Source: an uncultured Methanomassiliicoccaceae archaeon
GTDB taxonomy: Archaea > Thermoplasmatota > Thermoplasmata > Methanomassiliicoccales > UBA472
DNA length: 64,000 nucleotides
Direction: 5' to 3'
Assembly: GCA_964354665.1 (NCBI GenBank)
Contig: CAYHAO010000001.1
Coordinates: forward strand, 13,520-77,519
Shown: positions 55,423 through 64,000 of the stretch, piece by piece
Position numbering within the stretch: position 1 is the stretch's first letter
Layout: every line of letters starts with the position of its first letter
Program-made: the position numbers and the translations under genes
The notes under the pieces: model-generated
Databases searched by the model: none
Told to the model about the DNA's origin: nothing
What the model saw: the letters and a program-made list of their open reading frames with translations, nothing else

Positions 55423-56112
55423 CTATTCTTCCACGGTCTCCTCGACCTGCTCCGCCATCTCGATGACCTTGGTGAGTATGGAGTAGGCGTAAATCATGTC
55501 CGCTTCGTTGACGATGAAGATGCTGTCAGTGTAGCAGGAGACCGTCTCCACCACGTTGACATTGTTCTCAGCAAGATTCGAGGCCAAGAAAGCGAAGACG
55601 CCTGAGGTCTCGACTATCCTCTCTGGGGATTTGACGGTGATCTCGACCAGGTCCTGGCGGACCTTAAGGATGTTCTCCCGACCTACGGCGTTGATGACCT
55701 CGTTCTTCAGCTTCTCGTCGGCAATGATGGTAATCGCTTGTGCGCCCTGGATGATCTGCATGATGGCCTTCTCGTTGATCAGCTTCTGGAACACTGCCTC
55801 CAAGCGCTGCAGAACCGTCCAATCGTTCTTGGCCGTGACGATGCAGATCTTGGTCTTGACCTCGAGCCGGGAATTGGCCAGGATGCGCAAGATGTCGCGC
55901 TCGTGGTCACTCTTGGCCAGCTTGACCGCGTAACGCCTGCAGGCGATCATCACCGCCTCCTCGTTCTTGATGCCTAGGTCCTTCATTATCTGCCTGGCGA
56001 GCGAAGAGTAGTTGATCAGGTCCTTTGAGATGCAGTCCTTGACGCTGGGGTGGGCATCGATGTAGGTACGGGTGCGCTCGGCGATGCTCTCCTTCTGAGA
56101 CTGCTCCTTCAT
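55423..56112 (-). CDS. ACT-domain protein (predicted amino-acid-responsive regulator, COG2150-like)
   Basis: 229 aa with an N-terminal HTH-like region (NYSSLARQIMKDLGI) and a C-terminal ACT-like beta-alpha-beta segment. It lies directly downstream of argD on the same strand. Confidence 0.7.
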   Translation of the reverse strand: MKEQSQKESIAERTRTYIDAHPSVKDCISKDLINYSSLARQIMKDLGIKNEEAVMIACRRYAVKLAKSDHERDILRILANSRLEVKTKICIVTAKNDWTVLQRLEAVFQKLINEKAIMQIIQGAQAITIIADEKLKNEVINAVGRENILKVRQDLVEITVKSPERIVETSGVFAFLASNLAENNVNVVETVSCYTDSIFIVNEADMIYAYSILTKVIEMAEQVEETVEE

Positions 56113-56139
56113 AGGATGAGAAAGAAAAGATAGTGAGTA

Positions 56140-57363
56140 TTAAAGGGTTTTCGTCTCAGGTTGCGGCCTGGTCAGGAAAGAGCGCAGCGTCTCGTTGAGA
56201 GCGGCGATGGATTGTTCACCGATGATCAAGGGCGGGACCAGGCGGACCGTCCTACCTCCCGCCACGTTCACCAGCTGCTTCCTCTGGAAGGCGTAGGCCT
56301 TGAACTCGTTGGCCCTCTCCCCCTCCATCTCCACTCCGATCATGAGCCCCTTGCCCCTGACCTCTTTCACCAGCGGGCTGCCCTTCGTGATGGAGCGCAA
56401 CTTCGCCATCCATTCCTCCCCCTTCAGGTTCGCCCTCTCCGCCAGCCTTTCCTTCTTCATGGTCGAGATCACGGCCGTAGCCACGACGCATCCCAGGGGA
56501 TTACCGCCGAAGGTCGTGCCATGAGAGCCAGGGGCGAACGTCTTGGAGATCTCCATGGAGGAGACGATGGCCCCGATGGGGTACCCGCCCCCCAGGGCCT
56601 TGGCCATGGTAAAGATGTCGGGCACGATGCCGAAGTGCTCGAACCCGAACCACCTTCCCGTGCGGCAGAGGCCGGTTTGGACCTCGTCCATTATCAGCAT
56701 GGCGCCTTTGTCCACCGTGATGTCCCTGGCCGTCCGCATGAACTCCTGGCTTGGCACGATGATGCCGCCCTCTCCTTGGATCGGCTCGAGGATAAGCGCG
56801 GCGGTCTCCGAGGTAACGGCGGATTTTAGCTGCTCCACGTTCCCATACTCGATGAAGTCGAAGGCCTTGGAAAGCAGAGGCTCGAAACCAGACTGGTACT
56901 TGGGCTGGCCGGTGGCGGACAGGGCTATCGCAGTCCGACCGTGGAATGAGTTCTTGGCGGCGACGAAGCGTGGGCGTCCCGTCCTCTTGCAGGCGAGCTT
57001 CAATGCCCCCTCGTTCGCTTCGGCGCCGCTGTTGACGAAGAGCGAGACTGCCAGAGGCCAGGGCACTATAGAGGCTATCGCCTCCCCCAGCTCCGCCTGT
57101 TCCTTGATGTAGTAAAGGTTGGAGGTGTGTATCAGCCGGGGTGCCTGCTTGGTTATGGCCTCGACCACCACGGGATGGTTATGGCCCAGGGCATTGACCG
57201 CTATTCCCGCCACGAAGTCCAGGTAGCGGCAGTTGCCGATATCGAAGAGGTATTCCCCTTGCCCATGATCGAAGCACACCTCCTCCCTGCCGTAGTTCTG
57301 GAACAGGTAGGACTTGTGCAGTTGCTTGATCTCTTCCAGGTTCAATCCGTCCATCCTCATCAC
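56140..57363 (-). CDS. argD: Acetylornithine aminotransferase
   Basis: Class III aminotransferase with [12 protein letters not shown] and [13 protein letters not shown], in the arg cluster. Confidence 0.85.
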   Translation of the reverse strand: MMRMDGLNLEEIKQLHKSYLFQNYGREEVCFDHGQGEYLFDIGNCRYLDFVAGIAVNALGHNHPVVVEAITKQAPRLIHTSNLYYIKEQAELGEAIASIVPWPLAVSLFVNSGAEANEGALKLACKRTGRPRFVAAKNSFHGRTAIALSATGQPKYQSGFEPLLSKAFDFIEYGNVEQLKSAVTSETAALILEPIQGEGGIIVPSQEFMRTARDITVDKGAMLIMDEVQTGLCRTGRWFGFEHFGIVPDIFTMAKALGGGYPIGAIVSSMEISKTFAPGSHGTTFGGNPLGCVVATAVISTMKKERLAERANLKGEEWMAKLRSITKGSPLVKEVRGKGLMIGVEMEGERANEFKAYAFQRKQLVNVAGGRTVRLVPPLIIGEQSIAALNETLRSFLTRPQPETKTL

Positions 57364-57364
57364 C

Positions 57365-58243
57365 TCAGAGGGTCACCGTCGTCCCCAGGTTCTCCCCGGA
57401 GAGGAGCTGGTTGACTATCGCGTCCTTCTCCCTGCCATCCAGCATATGGACGGCCTTCACGCCCCCCAGCACGGCCAGCTCGCATGCCCGGGCCTTAGGG
57501 ACCATCCCGTCCCTCACCACTCCATCGTTGATCAGTTGCTGCAGCTGAGCCACGGTGACCTCCTTGATGGTGGTCTCCGGCTTCCCGAACTCGCGCATAA
57601 TACCTGGCACGTCGGTGATCAAAATCATATCCTCGGCCTTGATCGTCTTGGCTATGTGCGCTGCCGCCGTATCTGCGTTGACGTTCATCAGCTTGTAGTC
57701 CTTGGTCGAGCAGATGGGGTAGATCACCGGTACGAACCCGTTGTTGATGAGATTGTTCAGGTTAAGCGGGTCAACGGAGCAGACCTCACCCACGTTCCCT
57801 AGGTCCACCAACACCTCTTTGCCGTTCTCGTCCTTCACCTTCACCGGGTCCAATTTCTTGGCCACGAGGGTGTCCCTTTCCGCCCCCTGCAGACCGACGG
57901 CCTTCACCTGGACGCGCTTGAGCGCATAGACTATCAGCTCGTTTATCTTGCCCAGCACCTCGTTGGCCACCTTCAGGGTCTCGTCGTCCGTGACCCGGAG
58001 ACCGGCCACCTTCTGCACCGGCAGCCCCCTTCGCTTCATCTCCTCGTTGATCTCGGGGCCGCCGCCGTGCACCACCACTGGCTTTATCCCCAGAGCGACC
58101 AGCAGAGCGATGTTCTGGGCGAAGGCCTCCAGGGCCTCCTTGCCAGCGATCGAGCTCCCGCCGATCTTTATGAGCACCTTCTTCCCCTTCAGCTTGGCGG
58201 CGCGGGAGGGCGGCTTGGGCGGTTCCTCTTTCATCGATACCAC
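57365..58243 (-). CDS. argB: Acetylglutamate kinase
   Basis: VLIKIGGSSI and PVVVHGGGPEIN motifs. 292 aa. Confidence 0.9.
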   Translation of the reverse strand: MVSMKEEPPKPPSRAAKLKGKKVLIKIGGSSIAGKEALEAFAQNIALLVALGIKPVVVHGGGPEINEEMKRRGLPVQKVAGLRVTDDETLKVANEVLGKINELIVYALKRVQVKAVGLQGAERDTLVAKKLDPVKVKDENGKEVLVDLGNVGEVCSVDPLNLNNLINNGFVPVIYPICSTKDYKLMNVNADTAAAHIAKTIKAEDMILITDVPGIMREFGKPETTIKEVTVAQLQQLINDGVVRDGMVPKARACELAVLGGVKAVHMLDGREKDAIVNQLLSGENLGTTVTL

Positions 58244-59467
58244 CTATGTCGTGTAGGAAGCGTTGATCTTGACGTACTCATAGCTGAGGTCGCAGCCCCA
58301 GGCCTCTCCCCGGCCCATCCCCACCCCTAGATCCAGCTCGATGAGGATGCGCTTCTCCTTGAGGATGTTGCGGGCGACGTTCTCTTCCATCGATCCAGGC
58401 ACGATGAGGGGCGAGCCGTTCTCGAAGAGGGACACGGTCTTGCCATTGCTCAAACGGAGGCGGACCTTGGAGATGTCGAAATCGCTGCCCGAATTGCCCA
58501 AGGCAGCCAATATCCTGCCGAAGTTGGGGTCCGCGCCGAACACCGCGGCCTTGACCAGGTTGGAGGCCACGATGGAGCGGGCCGCAACCCGAGCCTCTTG
58601 CTCGTCCTTGGCGCCAGTGACCAAGACCTCGATGAGCTTGGTCGCCCCCTCGCCGTCGATGGCCACCGCCTTGGCCAGGGACTTAGCCACCCAAAGCACA
58701 GCCTCCCAGAAAGCAGGGTCGTCATCGGCGGGAGCCCCCCCGGCCGCCCCGTTGGCCATGATGACGCTGATGTCGTTGGTGCTCTGGTCCCCGTCCACAT
58801 TGATGACGTTGAAGCTGGAGTCCATAACGCGCTGCCACTGGGCGCTCGGGTCGCGCTCCAGGCGAGCGTCCGCGGTCACGAAGCTGAGGGTCGTGGCATG
58901 CATGATGCGCATGGCAGGTGAGATCATGCCACTGCCTTTGGCGATCCCCGCCACCGTCACCAAAGTCCCATCGCGTAGGTTCACCTGGCAGGCGACGCTT
59001 TTCATTTTGGTGTCAGTGGTCATTATCGCCTTGGCGGTGTCGATGTTCGCCTCCACGGAACGGTCGAGCTCCTTGCAGGCCTGGATGATGCCCTTGGCCA
59101 CGAGGTCCATGGGCAAGAAGCGACCGATCACGCCGGTTGAGGCGACACCCACCTCTTTCTGATCGAGGCCCATCTGCTCGGCCACCAGTTGCTGCATCCT
59201 CCTTGCGTCCGCGATGCCTGTCTCCCCAGTGAGGGCGTTGGCGTTCCCCGAGTTGATGACGAAGGCCCTGAGGACCTTGGAGTTGTCGCGCATCATAACC
59301 TCTATCGGCGCCGCCCTGGCCTTGTTCTGGGTATAGGCCGCCGCGACCTTGGCTGGCAGCTCGGAGTAGATGACCGCCATGTCCAGCTTGTCCTTCTTGA
59401 TCCCCGCCCCGATCCCTGCGGCCTTGAAACCCTTGGGCGACGTTATGCCCCCATCGATGACGATCAT
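58244..59467 (-). CDS. argJ: Bifunctional ornithine acetyltransferase/N-acetylglutamate synthase
   Basis: 407 aa with the autoprocessing-site region MHATTLSFVTAD and the typical ArgJ N-terminus GGITSPKGFKAAG. Confidence 0.9.
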   Translation of the reverse strand: MIVIDGGITSPKGFKAAGIGAGIKKDKLDMAVIYSELPAKVAAAYTQNKARAAPIEVMMRDNSKVLRAFVINSGNANALTGETGIADARRMQQLVAEQMGLDQKEVGVASTGVIGRFLPMDLVAKGIIQACKELDRSVEANIDTAKAIMTTDTKMKSVACQVNLRDGTLVTVAGIAKGSGMISPAMRIMHATTLSFVTADARLERDPSAQWQRVMDSSFNVINVDGDQSTNDISVIMANGAAGGAPADDDPAFWEAVLWVAKSLAKAVAIDGEGATKLIEVLVTGAKDEQEARVAARSIVASNLVKAAVFGADPNFGRILAALGNSGSDFDISKVRLRLSNGKTVSLFENGSPLIVPGSMEENVARNILKEKRILIELDLGVGMGRGEAWGCDLSYEYVKINASYTT

Positions 59468-59471
59468 TCTC

Positions 59472-60491
59472 TTACACCCCCAGCCCTGGGAAATCCAGGC
59501 CGGACGTTTCTTCCAATCCGAACATTATGTTAGCGTTCTGCACCGCCTGACCGCTACCGCCCTTGACCAGGTTGTCGATGGTGCTCATGGCCACGACCGT
59601 GTTCTTCCCGGACATGGCCAAGCCAATCTCGCAGAAATTCGAACCTGTCACTGATGATATGGAGGGCGCTCCCTGCACCACGCGCACGAACCTCTTGCCA
59701 TGATAGTACTCGCGGTAGGCGGCATAAATCGATTCAAGGTCCATGGTCTTCCTCAACCGAGCATAAGAGGTGCAAAGCATCCCCCGCACGATGGGTATGA
59801 GGTGGGGGGTGAACACGACATCCACTTCGCTCGAAGCCATGCGCTCCAGGACCATTTGTATCTCAGGGGAATGGCGATGCGTCCCCACCTTGTAGGGTAT
59901 GACCTGGGGTCCGCAGAAGGGGTGATGGGTAAGGGGCGTGGGCTGTTGCCCAGCACCGGACGTGCCGGATTTGGCATCGATGATGGCGCGGGCCTCGACC
60001 AGCCCCTTGGCAAACAAGGGGGCGAGTCCCAGCGAGGAACAGGTGGGATAGCATCCTGGGTTGGCCAAAAGATGGGCATTGGCAATCCTCTCATGGAATA
60101 GCTCCGGTATGCCATAGACCGAGCTTCCTAGGTTGGCGACGTCCTTATGCTCCATGCCATACCATTTCTGGTAAAGGACAGGGTCGGTCAGGCGATAGTC
60201 GCCCGAGAGGTCGATGACCCGAAGACCTCTCTTGAGCAGATCTGGCACCACCTCCATCGAAGCCCCATGGGGTGCAGCGACGAAGACCAGGTCATACTTA
60301 CCATCCCCAAGCCTTTCCTCGAACTTCAGGTCCACGAACCCATCCAGATACGACATCATCTGCGAAACCTTGACCCCCGCGTTCTGACGCGAGGTCATGG
60401 CCTCCAGGCTTATCTTGGGGTGACGGCACAACAAGCGCGCCAGTTCCCCTCCGGTATAACCCGATCCTCCCACGATCGCTGCTTTGATCAT
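59472..60491 (-). CDS. argC: N-acetyl-gamma-glutamyl-phosphate reductase
   Basis: IVGGSGYTGGEL NAD site and active-site LANPGCYPT. Confidence 0.9.
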   Translation of the reverse strand: MIKAAIVGGSGYTGGELARLLCRHPKISLEAMTSRQNAGVKVSQMMSYLDGFVDLKFEERLGDGKYDLVFVAAPHGASMEVVPDLLKRGLRVIDLSGDYRLTDPVLYQKWYGMEHKDVANLGSSVYGIPELFHERIANAHLLANPGCYPTCSSLGLAPLFAKGLVEARAIIDAKSGTSGAGQQPTPLTHHPFCGPQVIPYKVGTHRHSPEIQMVLERMASSEVDVVFTPHLIPIVRGMLCTSYARLRKTMDLESIYAAYREYYHGKRFVRVVQGAPSISSVTGSNFCEIGLAMSGKNTVVAMSTIDNLVKGGSGQAVQNANIMFGLEETSGLDFPGLGV

Positions 60492-60596
60492 TTCACGTTC
60501 CTCTGCCCCGGCCCGGGAGCCTGATAATGGCTTTCGCTCCTGGATGGGCCAATGGATTCTCGCTGATTAAGAGGTACTATTAAAAGAATGATGACC

Positions 60597-60675
60597 CAAA
60601 AGAGACATTCTCACTTTCCACTCGTTCCCGAGGGGTACAGTGGGCTTGCTGGCCAGGGCATGTCGCAAAAGAGAC
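60597..60675. repeat. Direct repeat CAAAAGAGAC(N1-3)TTCTC x2 in the argC/argG divergent promoter
   Basis: The copies are at 60597-60612 and 60666-60683, with starts 69 nt apart. ATGTCGCA is also duplicated (60660 and 60691). Confidence 0.3.
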
Positions 60676-60749
60676 CCCTTCTCGCACCGAATGTCGCATG
60701 CATGTCAGCAACGCTTAATAAACAGTTCCAGGTAGCACCGGAGATTCCA

Positions 60750-61985
60750 ATGGCATCCAGTAAGACCAGCAAGAAGAGCGGTCGCAAGAAAGTGGTTCTA
60801 GCTTACTCCGGAGGACTGGACACCTCGGTGGCCATCCGCTGGCTCCAAGAGAAGTACGACCTAGAAGTGATCGCGGTTTCAGTGGACGTCGGGCAGCCTG
60901 ACGTGGACATGAAGGACAACATCGACCGTGCGAACAGGATCGGGGCCGTGAACGCTTATGCCCTTGACGCCAAGGAGGAATTCGTCACTGAATACTGCTG
61001 GGCCGCCCTGAAGGCCAACGCGATGTACGAGGGTTCGTACCCGGTGTGCACCTCGATTGCCCGTCCTCTGATCGCCAAGCTCCTGGTGGAAGTGGCCAAG
61101 AAGGAGGGCGCGTCCTTCATCGCCCATGGCTGCACCGCCAAGGGCAACGACCAGGTGCGCTTCGATGTCTCCATCGGCGCCCTTGCGCCCGAGCTGGGCA
61201 TAATCGCGCCCATGCGCGAGTGGGTCATGACCCGCGAGGACGAGATCGATTACGCCAAGGAGCACAACATCCCCATTAGGGTCAAGAAGCAATGCCCATA
61301 TTCCGTGGACGAGAACCTATGGGGCAGGAGCATCGAGTGCGGCATCCTAGAGGATGCCTGGCAAGAGCCTCCTGAAGACGCTTTCGAGTGGACGGTCTTC
61401 CCGGACAAGGCGCCGAACAAGCCTGAGTACGTGGAGATCGGATTCGAGAAGGGCGTGCCTGCCTCCCTCAACGGCAAGAAGATGGGAGGGGTCGCATTGG
61501 TGCAGAGGCTGAACGAGCTTGCTGGCAAGCACGGGGTGGGCCGCATCGACCACATCGAGGACCGCCTGGTAGGCATCAAATCCCGGGAGAGTTACGAGGC
61601 CCCGGCCGCCGTCGTGCTCATCGCCGCCCACAAGGACCTGGAGAAGATGGTCCTGCCCAAGGACGTCCTCAAGTTCAAGGCGGAGGTGGACCAGAAGTAC
61701 GCCGAGCTCGCCTACGACGGCCTTTGGTTCTCCACTCTCAAGGAGTGCTTGGACTCCTTCATCAACAAGACGCAGGAGTTCGTCACGGGCACGGTGCGCG
61801 TGCGCCTGTTCAAGGGCACGGCGCAGATCGTGGGCCGCAAGTCCCCCTACTCCATGTACGACCATGGCCTGGCCACTTATGCCGCTGGAGACCAATTTGA
61901 CCACACCTCAGCCAAGGGATTCATTTATGTGTGGGGATTGCCGTTGAAGACCGTGGCGGCCGTGCACAAGGAGAATAAGAAGTGA
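60750..61985 (+). CDS. argG: Argininosuccinate synthase
   Basis: VVLAYSGGLDTSV PP-loop. The start is set at ATG 60750; the 54-aa upstream extension of the track ORF was rejected. Confidence 0.9.
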   Translation: MASSKTSKKSGRKKVVLAYSGGLDTSVAIRWLQEKYDLEVIAVSVDVGQPDVDMKDNIDRANRIGAVNAYALDAKEEFVTEYCWAALKANAMYEGSYPVCTSIARPLIAKLLVEVAKKEGASFIAHGCTAKGNDQVRFDVSIGALAPELGIIAPMREWVMTREDEIDYAKEHNIPIRVKKQCPYSVDENLWGRSIECGILEDAWQEPPEDAFEWTVFPDKAPNKPEYVEIGFEKGVPASLNGKKMGGVALVQRLNELAGKHGVGRIDHIEDRLVGIKSRESYEAPAAVVLIAAHKDLEKMVLPKDVLKFKAEVDQKYAELAYDGLWFSTLKECLDSFINKTQEFVTGTVRVRLFKGTAQIVGRKSPYSMYDHGLATYAAGDQFDHTSAKGFIYVWGLPLKTVAAVHKENKK

Positions 61986-63430
61986 AGCAGAAGGCGCTCT
62001 GGTCAGGACGCTTCAAGGAGGGCATGAGCCAGGACACGCTGGGCTTCACCTCCTCTTTGGCGATCGATTCCCGCATGGCCTGGTACGACATCGTTGGCTC
62101 CATGGCCCACGCCCGCATGCTGGGCAAGCAGGGGATCCTCCCGCAGGGGGAGGTCGACCTCATCCTCAGGGGGCTGAGGGAGCTTCTGGCCGCCCTAGAG
62201 GATGGGGAGCTGAGTTTCGACGAAGGATTGGAGGACGTGCACACCAACGTGGAGGTCGCCCTCAGCGAGCGCATCGGGGAAGCAGGGGGCTGCCTGCATA
62301 CCGCGCGGAGCCGCAATGACCAGGTGGCCACGGACTTCCGCATGTACGCGAGAGAGCTGCTCCTGGAGGTCTGCGCCTACCTCGTCGAGCTGCAGAAGGC
62401 CCTATTTGCCCAGGCCAATAGGCATCAGGACGTTATCCTGCCGGGGTTCACTCATACCCAGCACGCTCAGTCGGTCACCTTGGCCCATCATCTCCTGGCC
62501 CATGCGCAGCGCTTCGGGCGGGACGTGAGGAGGCTGCTTGATTGCTACGTGCGGGTCAACATCTGCCCGTTAGGCTCGGCGGCGCTGGCAGGGACCACCC
62601 ATGACATCGACCGCGAGTTCGTGGCCAAGGCCTTGGGGTTCAGCGCGCCCTGCGAGAATTCCATGGATGGGGTCAGCGACCGCGACTTCGCCGCAGAGCT
62701 GACCTTCGATTGCGCCCTGGCCATGGTCCACCTGAGCTCGTTGTGCGAGGAGATCGTGCTTTGGTCGTCGCATGAGTTCGGATTCTTGGAGGTGGACGAC
62801 AAGTATGCCACTGGCAGTTCCATCATGCCGCAGAAGAAGAACCCGGACGTGGCGGAGCTGGTCCGGGGCCGCTCCGCGCTGGCGATTGGGGACGTGGCCT
62901 CCATGCTCACCCTGATGCGCTCCCTCCCGCTCGCCTATAACCGCGACCTGCAGGAGGACAAGGGCGTGGCTTTCCATTGCGCGGACACGCTGGCTTCATG
63001 CCTGGCCATCACGGTGCGCATGGTCGCGACCTTGAGGTTCGATACGGCCAAGATGCTCCAAGCCACTCAAAGAGGCCATCTCAACGCCACCGAGCTGGCC
63101 GATTACCTGGTGACCAAGGGCATGCCCTTCCGGGCCGCCCACGAGGTCACGGGCCAGGTTGTCCGCTTCGCCATCGGCAAGGGCAAAGGGATAGAGGAGC
63201 TGGACCTGAAGCAGCTGCGCCGCTTCTCCGATCTTATCGAAAAGGACGTGTTCCCGGTCCTCGCGGTGGAGAGCTGCGTCTCCCGCCGCGATTCCTACGG
63301 CGGGACCTCCAAGAAGATGGTCAAGGTGCAGATGGCCAATCTGAAGCGCGACATCTTAGAGCAGGAGCAAGGCATCGCTGGGCTGCGCTCTTCCCTGCGC
63401 CAGGCCTTCGACGCCCTCCTCTCAGCCTGA
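61982..63430 (+). CDS. argH: Argininosuccinate lyase
   Basis: Fumarate-lyase signature GSSIMPQKKNP. The GTG start overlaps the argG stop (GTGA). Confidence 0.9.
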   Translation: MKQKALWSGRFKEGMSQDTLGFTSSLAIDSRMAWYDIVGSMAHARMLGKQGILPQGEVDLILRGLRELLAALEDGELSFDEGLEDVHTNVEVALSERIGEAGGCLHTARSRNDQVATDFRMYARELLLEVCAYLVELQKALFAQANRHQDVILPGFTHTQHAQSVTLAHHLLAHAQRFGRDVRRLLDCYVRVNICPLGSAALAGTTHDIDREFVAKALGFSAPCENSMDGVSDRDFAAELTFDCALAMVHLSSLCEEIVLWSSHEFGFLEVDDKYATGSSIMPQKKNPDVAELVRGRSALAIGDVASMLTLMRSLPLAYNRDLQEDKGVAFHCADTLASCLAITVRMVATLRFDTAKMLQATQRGHLNATELADYLVTKGMPFRAAHEVTGQVVRFAIGKGKGIEELDLKQLRRFSDLIEKDVFPVLAVESCVSRRDSYGGTSKKMVKVQMANLKRDILEQEQGIAGLRSSLRQAFDALLSA

Positions 63431-64000
63431 GAGCGCCCGCTTGGCCAGCACGACCAGGTCCCATATCTCGATGCTCGATGCTATGGGCTTGCACGAATCC
63501 CGGAGATTCGTCAGGCACCAGGGGCAGCTGGTCACCAGGGCCTTGGCCCCGGTCTCCTCGGCGGCGGCGATGCGCTTGGCGCCGATGGTCGTGGCCAGAT
63601 CGGGGTGAGCGGTCTTGACCCCGCCCCCGGAGCCGCAGCATTGGGACCGGGACTTGTGCTCCCGCATCTCCGTGACCTTCAAATGGGGTATGGACGCCAG
63701 TACCTTCCTGGGCTCCTCGAAGACGCCCCCCAGCCGACCGAGCTCGCAGGGGTCGTGGTAGGTGACCTCGATTTCTAAGGGCTTGAACCTCAAACGCCCC
63801 TCGTCCAGCAATCGCACCAAGGTTTGGGAGACGTGCTCCACCTCCACCTCGAACCCATCCAGATGTTCATGGTACTCGGAGAGGGTGCGATAGCAACCGG
63901 GACAGGAGGTGATTATCCTCTCGGCACCGCTTTCCTTGATGTGCCTGGCGCCCTCCTCGGCGGTGCGGAGGAACTGCTCCTCCTCGCCGATCTTCAGCAG
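63422..64000 (-). CDS. Cysteine-rich CCG-domain Fe-S oxidoreductase (GlpC/HdrD/LutA-like), 5'-truncated by window end
   Basis: The open frame runs to position 64000. Motifs ITSCPGCY, YHDPCELGR, CCGSGGG and VTSCPWC indicate two CCG domains. Confidence 0.75.
   Translation of the reverse strand: MLKIGEEEQFLRTAEEGARHIKESGAERIITSCPGCYRTLSEYHEHLDGFEVEVEHVSQTLVRLLDEGRLRFKPLEIEVTYHDPCELGRLGGVFEEPRKVLASIPHLKVTEMREHKSRSQCCGSGGGVKTAHPDLATTIGAKRIAAAEETGAKALVTSCPWCLTNLRDSCKPIASSIEIWDLVVLAKRALSG

Noticed and set aside
60588-60749. 54-aa N-terminal extension of argG suggested by the ORF track
   Set aside because: Argininosuccinate synthases begin a few residues before the AYSGGLDTS PP-loop. The extension covers the divergent promoter with its repeats, and ATG 60750 gives a canonical N-terminus.

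Overview
This is a GC-rich, very compact archaeal chromosomal segment; hand-counted 60-nt lines in typical genes are about 60% GC. I call about 70 protein genes and 2 tRNAs, and I found no rRNA, CRISPR array, transposase or integrase. Archaeal hallmarks are the RFC small subunit, ribosomal protein L40e, ABCE1, archaeal-type riboflavin synthase with the CTP-dependent FAD synthase RibL, a bifunctional PGI/PMI, FtsZ and a Zn-ribbon type IA topoisomerase. The lineage is probably Thermoplasmatota-like, but that is inference from gene content only. The main blocks, in order: a TasA-like secreted protein; a DEAD-box helicase and two ferritin-like genes; a CorA-like channel; a tight minus-strand string asnB-like/folC/nth/hypA/hypD; ADP-forming acetyl-CoA synthetase alpha plus nikR; topA; a short COG0523 GTPase with a His-tailed partner; lrp; enolase/OsmC; a response regulator; L40e; SHOCT proteins; rfcS; a TtuA-like thiolase; glyA; pgi/pmi divergent from ribB-ribL-ribC-ribH; an alanine aminotransferase; a PUA/PAPS-reductase/ferredoxin fusion; ftsZ; metG; ABCE1; DedA; two PHP phosphoesterases; a disulfide oxidoreductase; amt-glnK; a low-GC islet ending at tRNA-Arg(CCU); FKBP; an M42 peptidase; tRNA-Thr(UGU); and an arginine divergon (argC-J-B-D plus an ACT protein, opposite argG-H). 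I see no unambiguous novel multi-gene system. The best leads are a split metallochaperone GTPase with a palindromic operator in a Ni/hydrogenase context, a SHOCT and duplicated Cys-rich module, an unannotated Cys6 mini-ORF coupled to a META-domain gene in a low-GC islet, a compositionally atypical gene plus Roadblock next to ftsZ, and several perfect palindromes in divergent promoters (rib, amt, COG0523). All domain calls come from motif recognition by eye; no searches were run.
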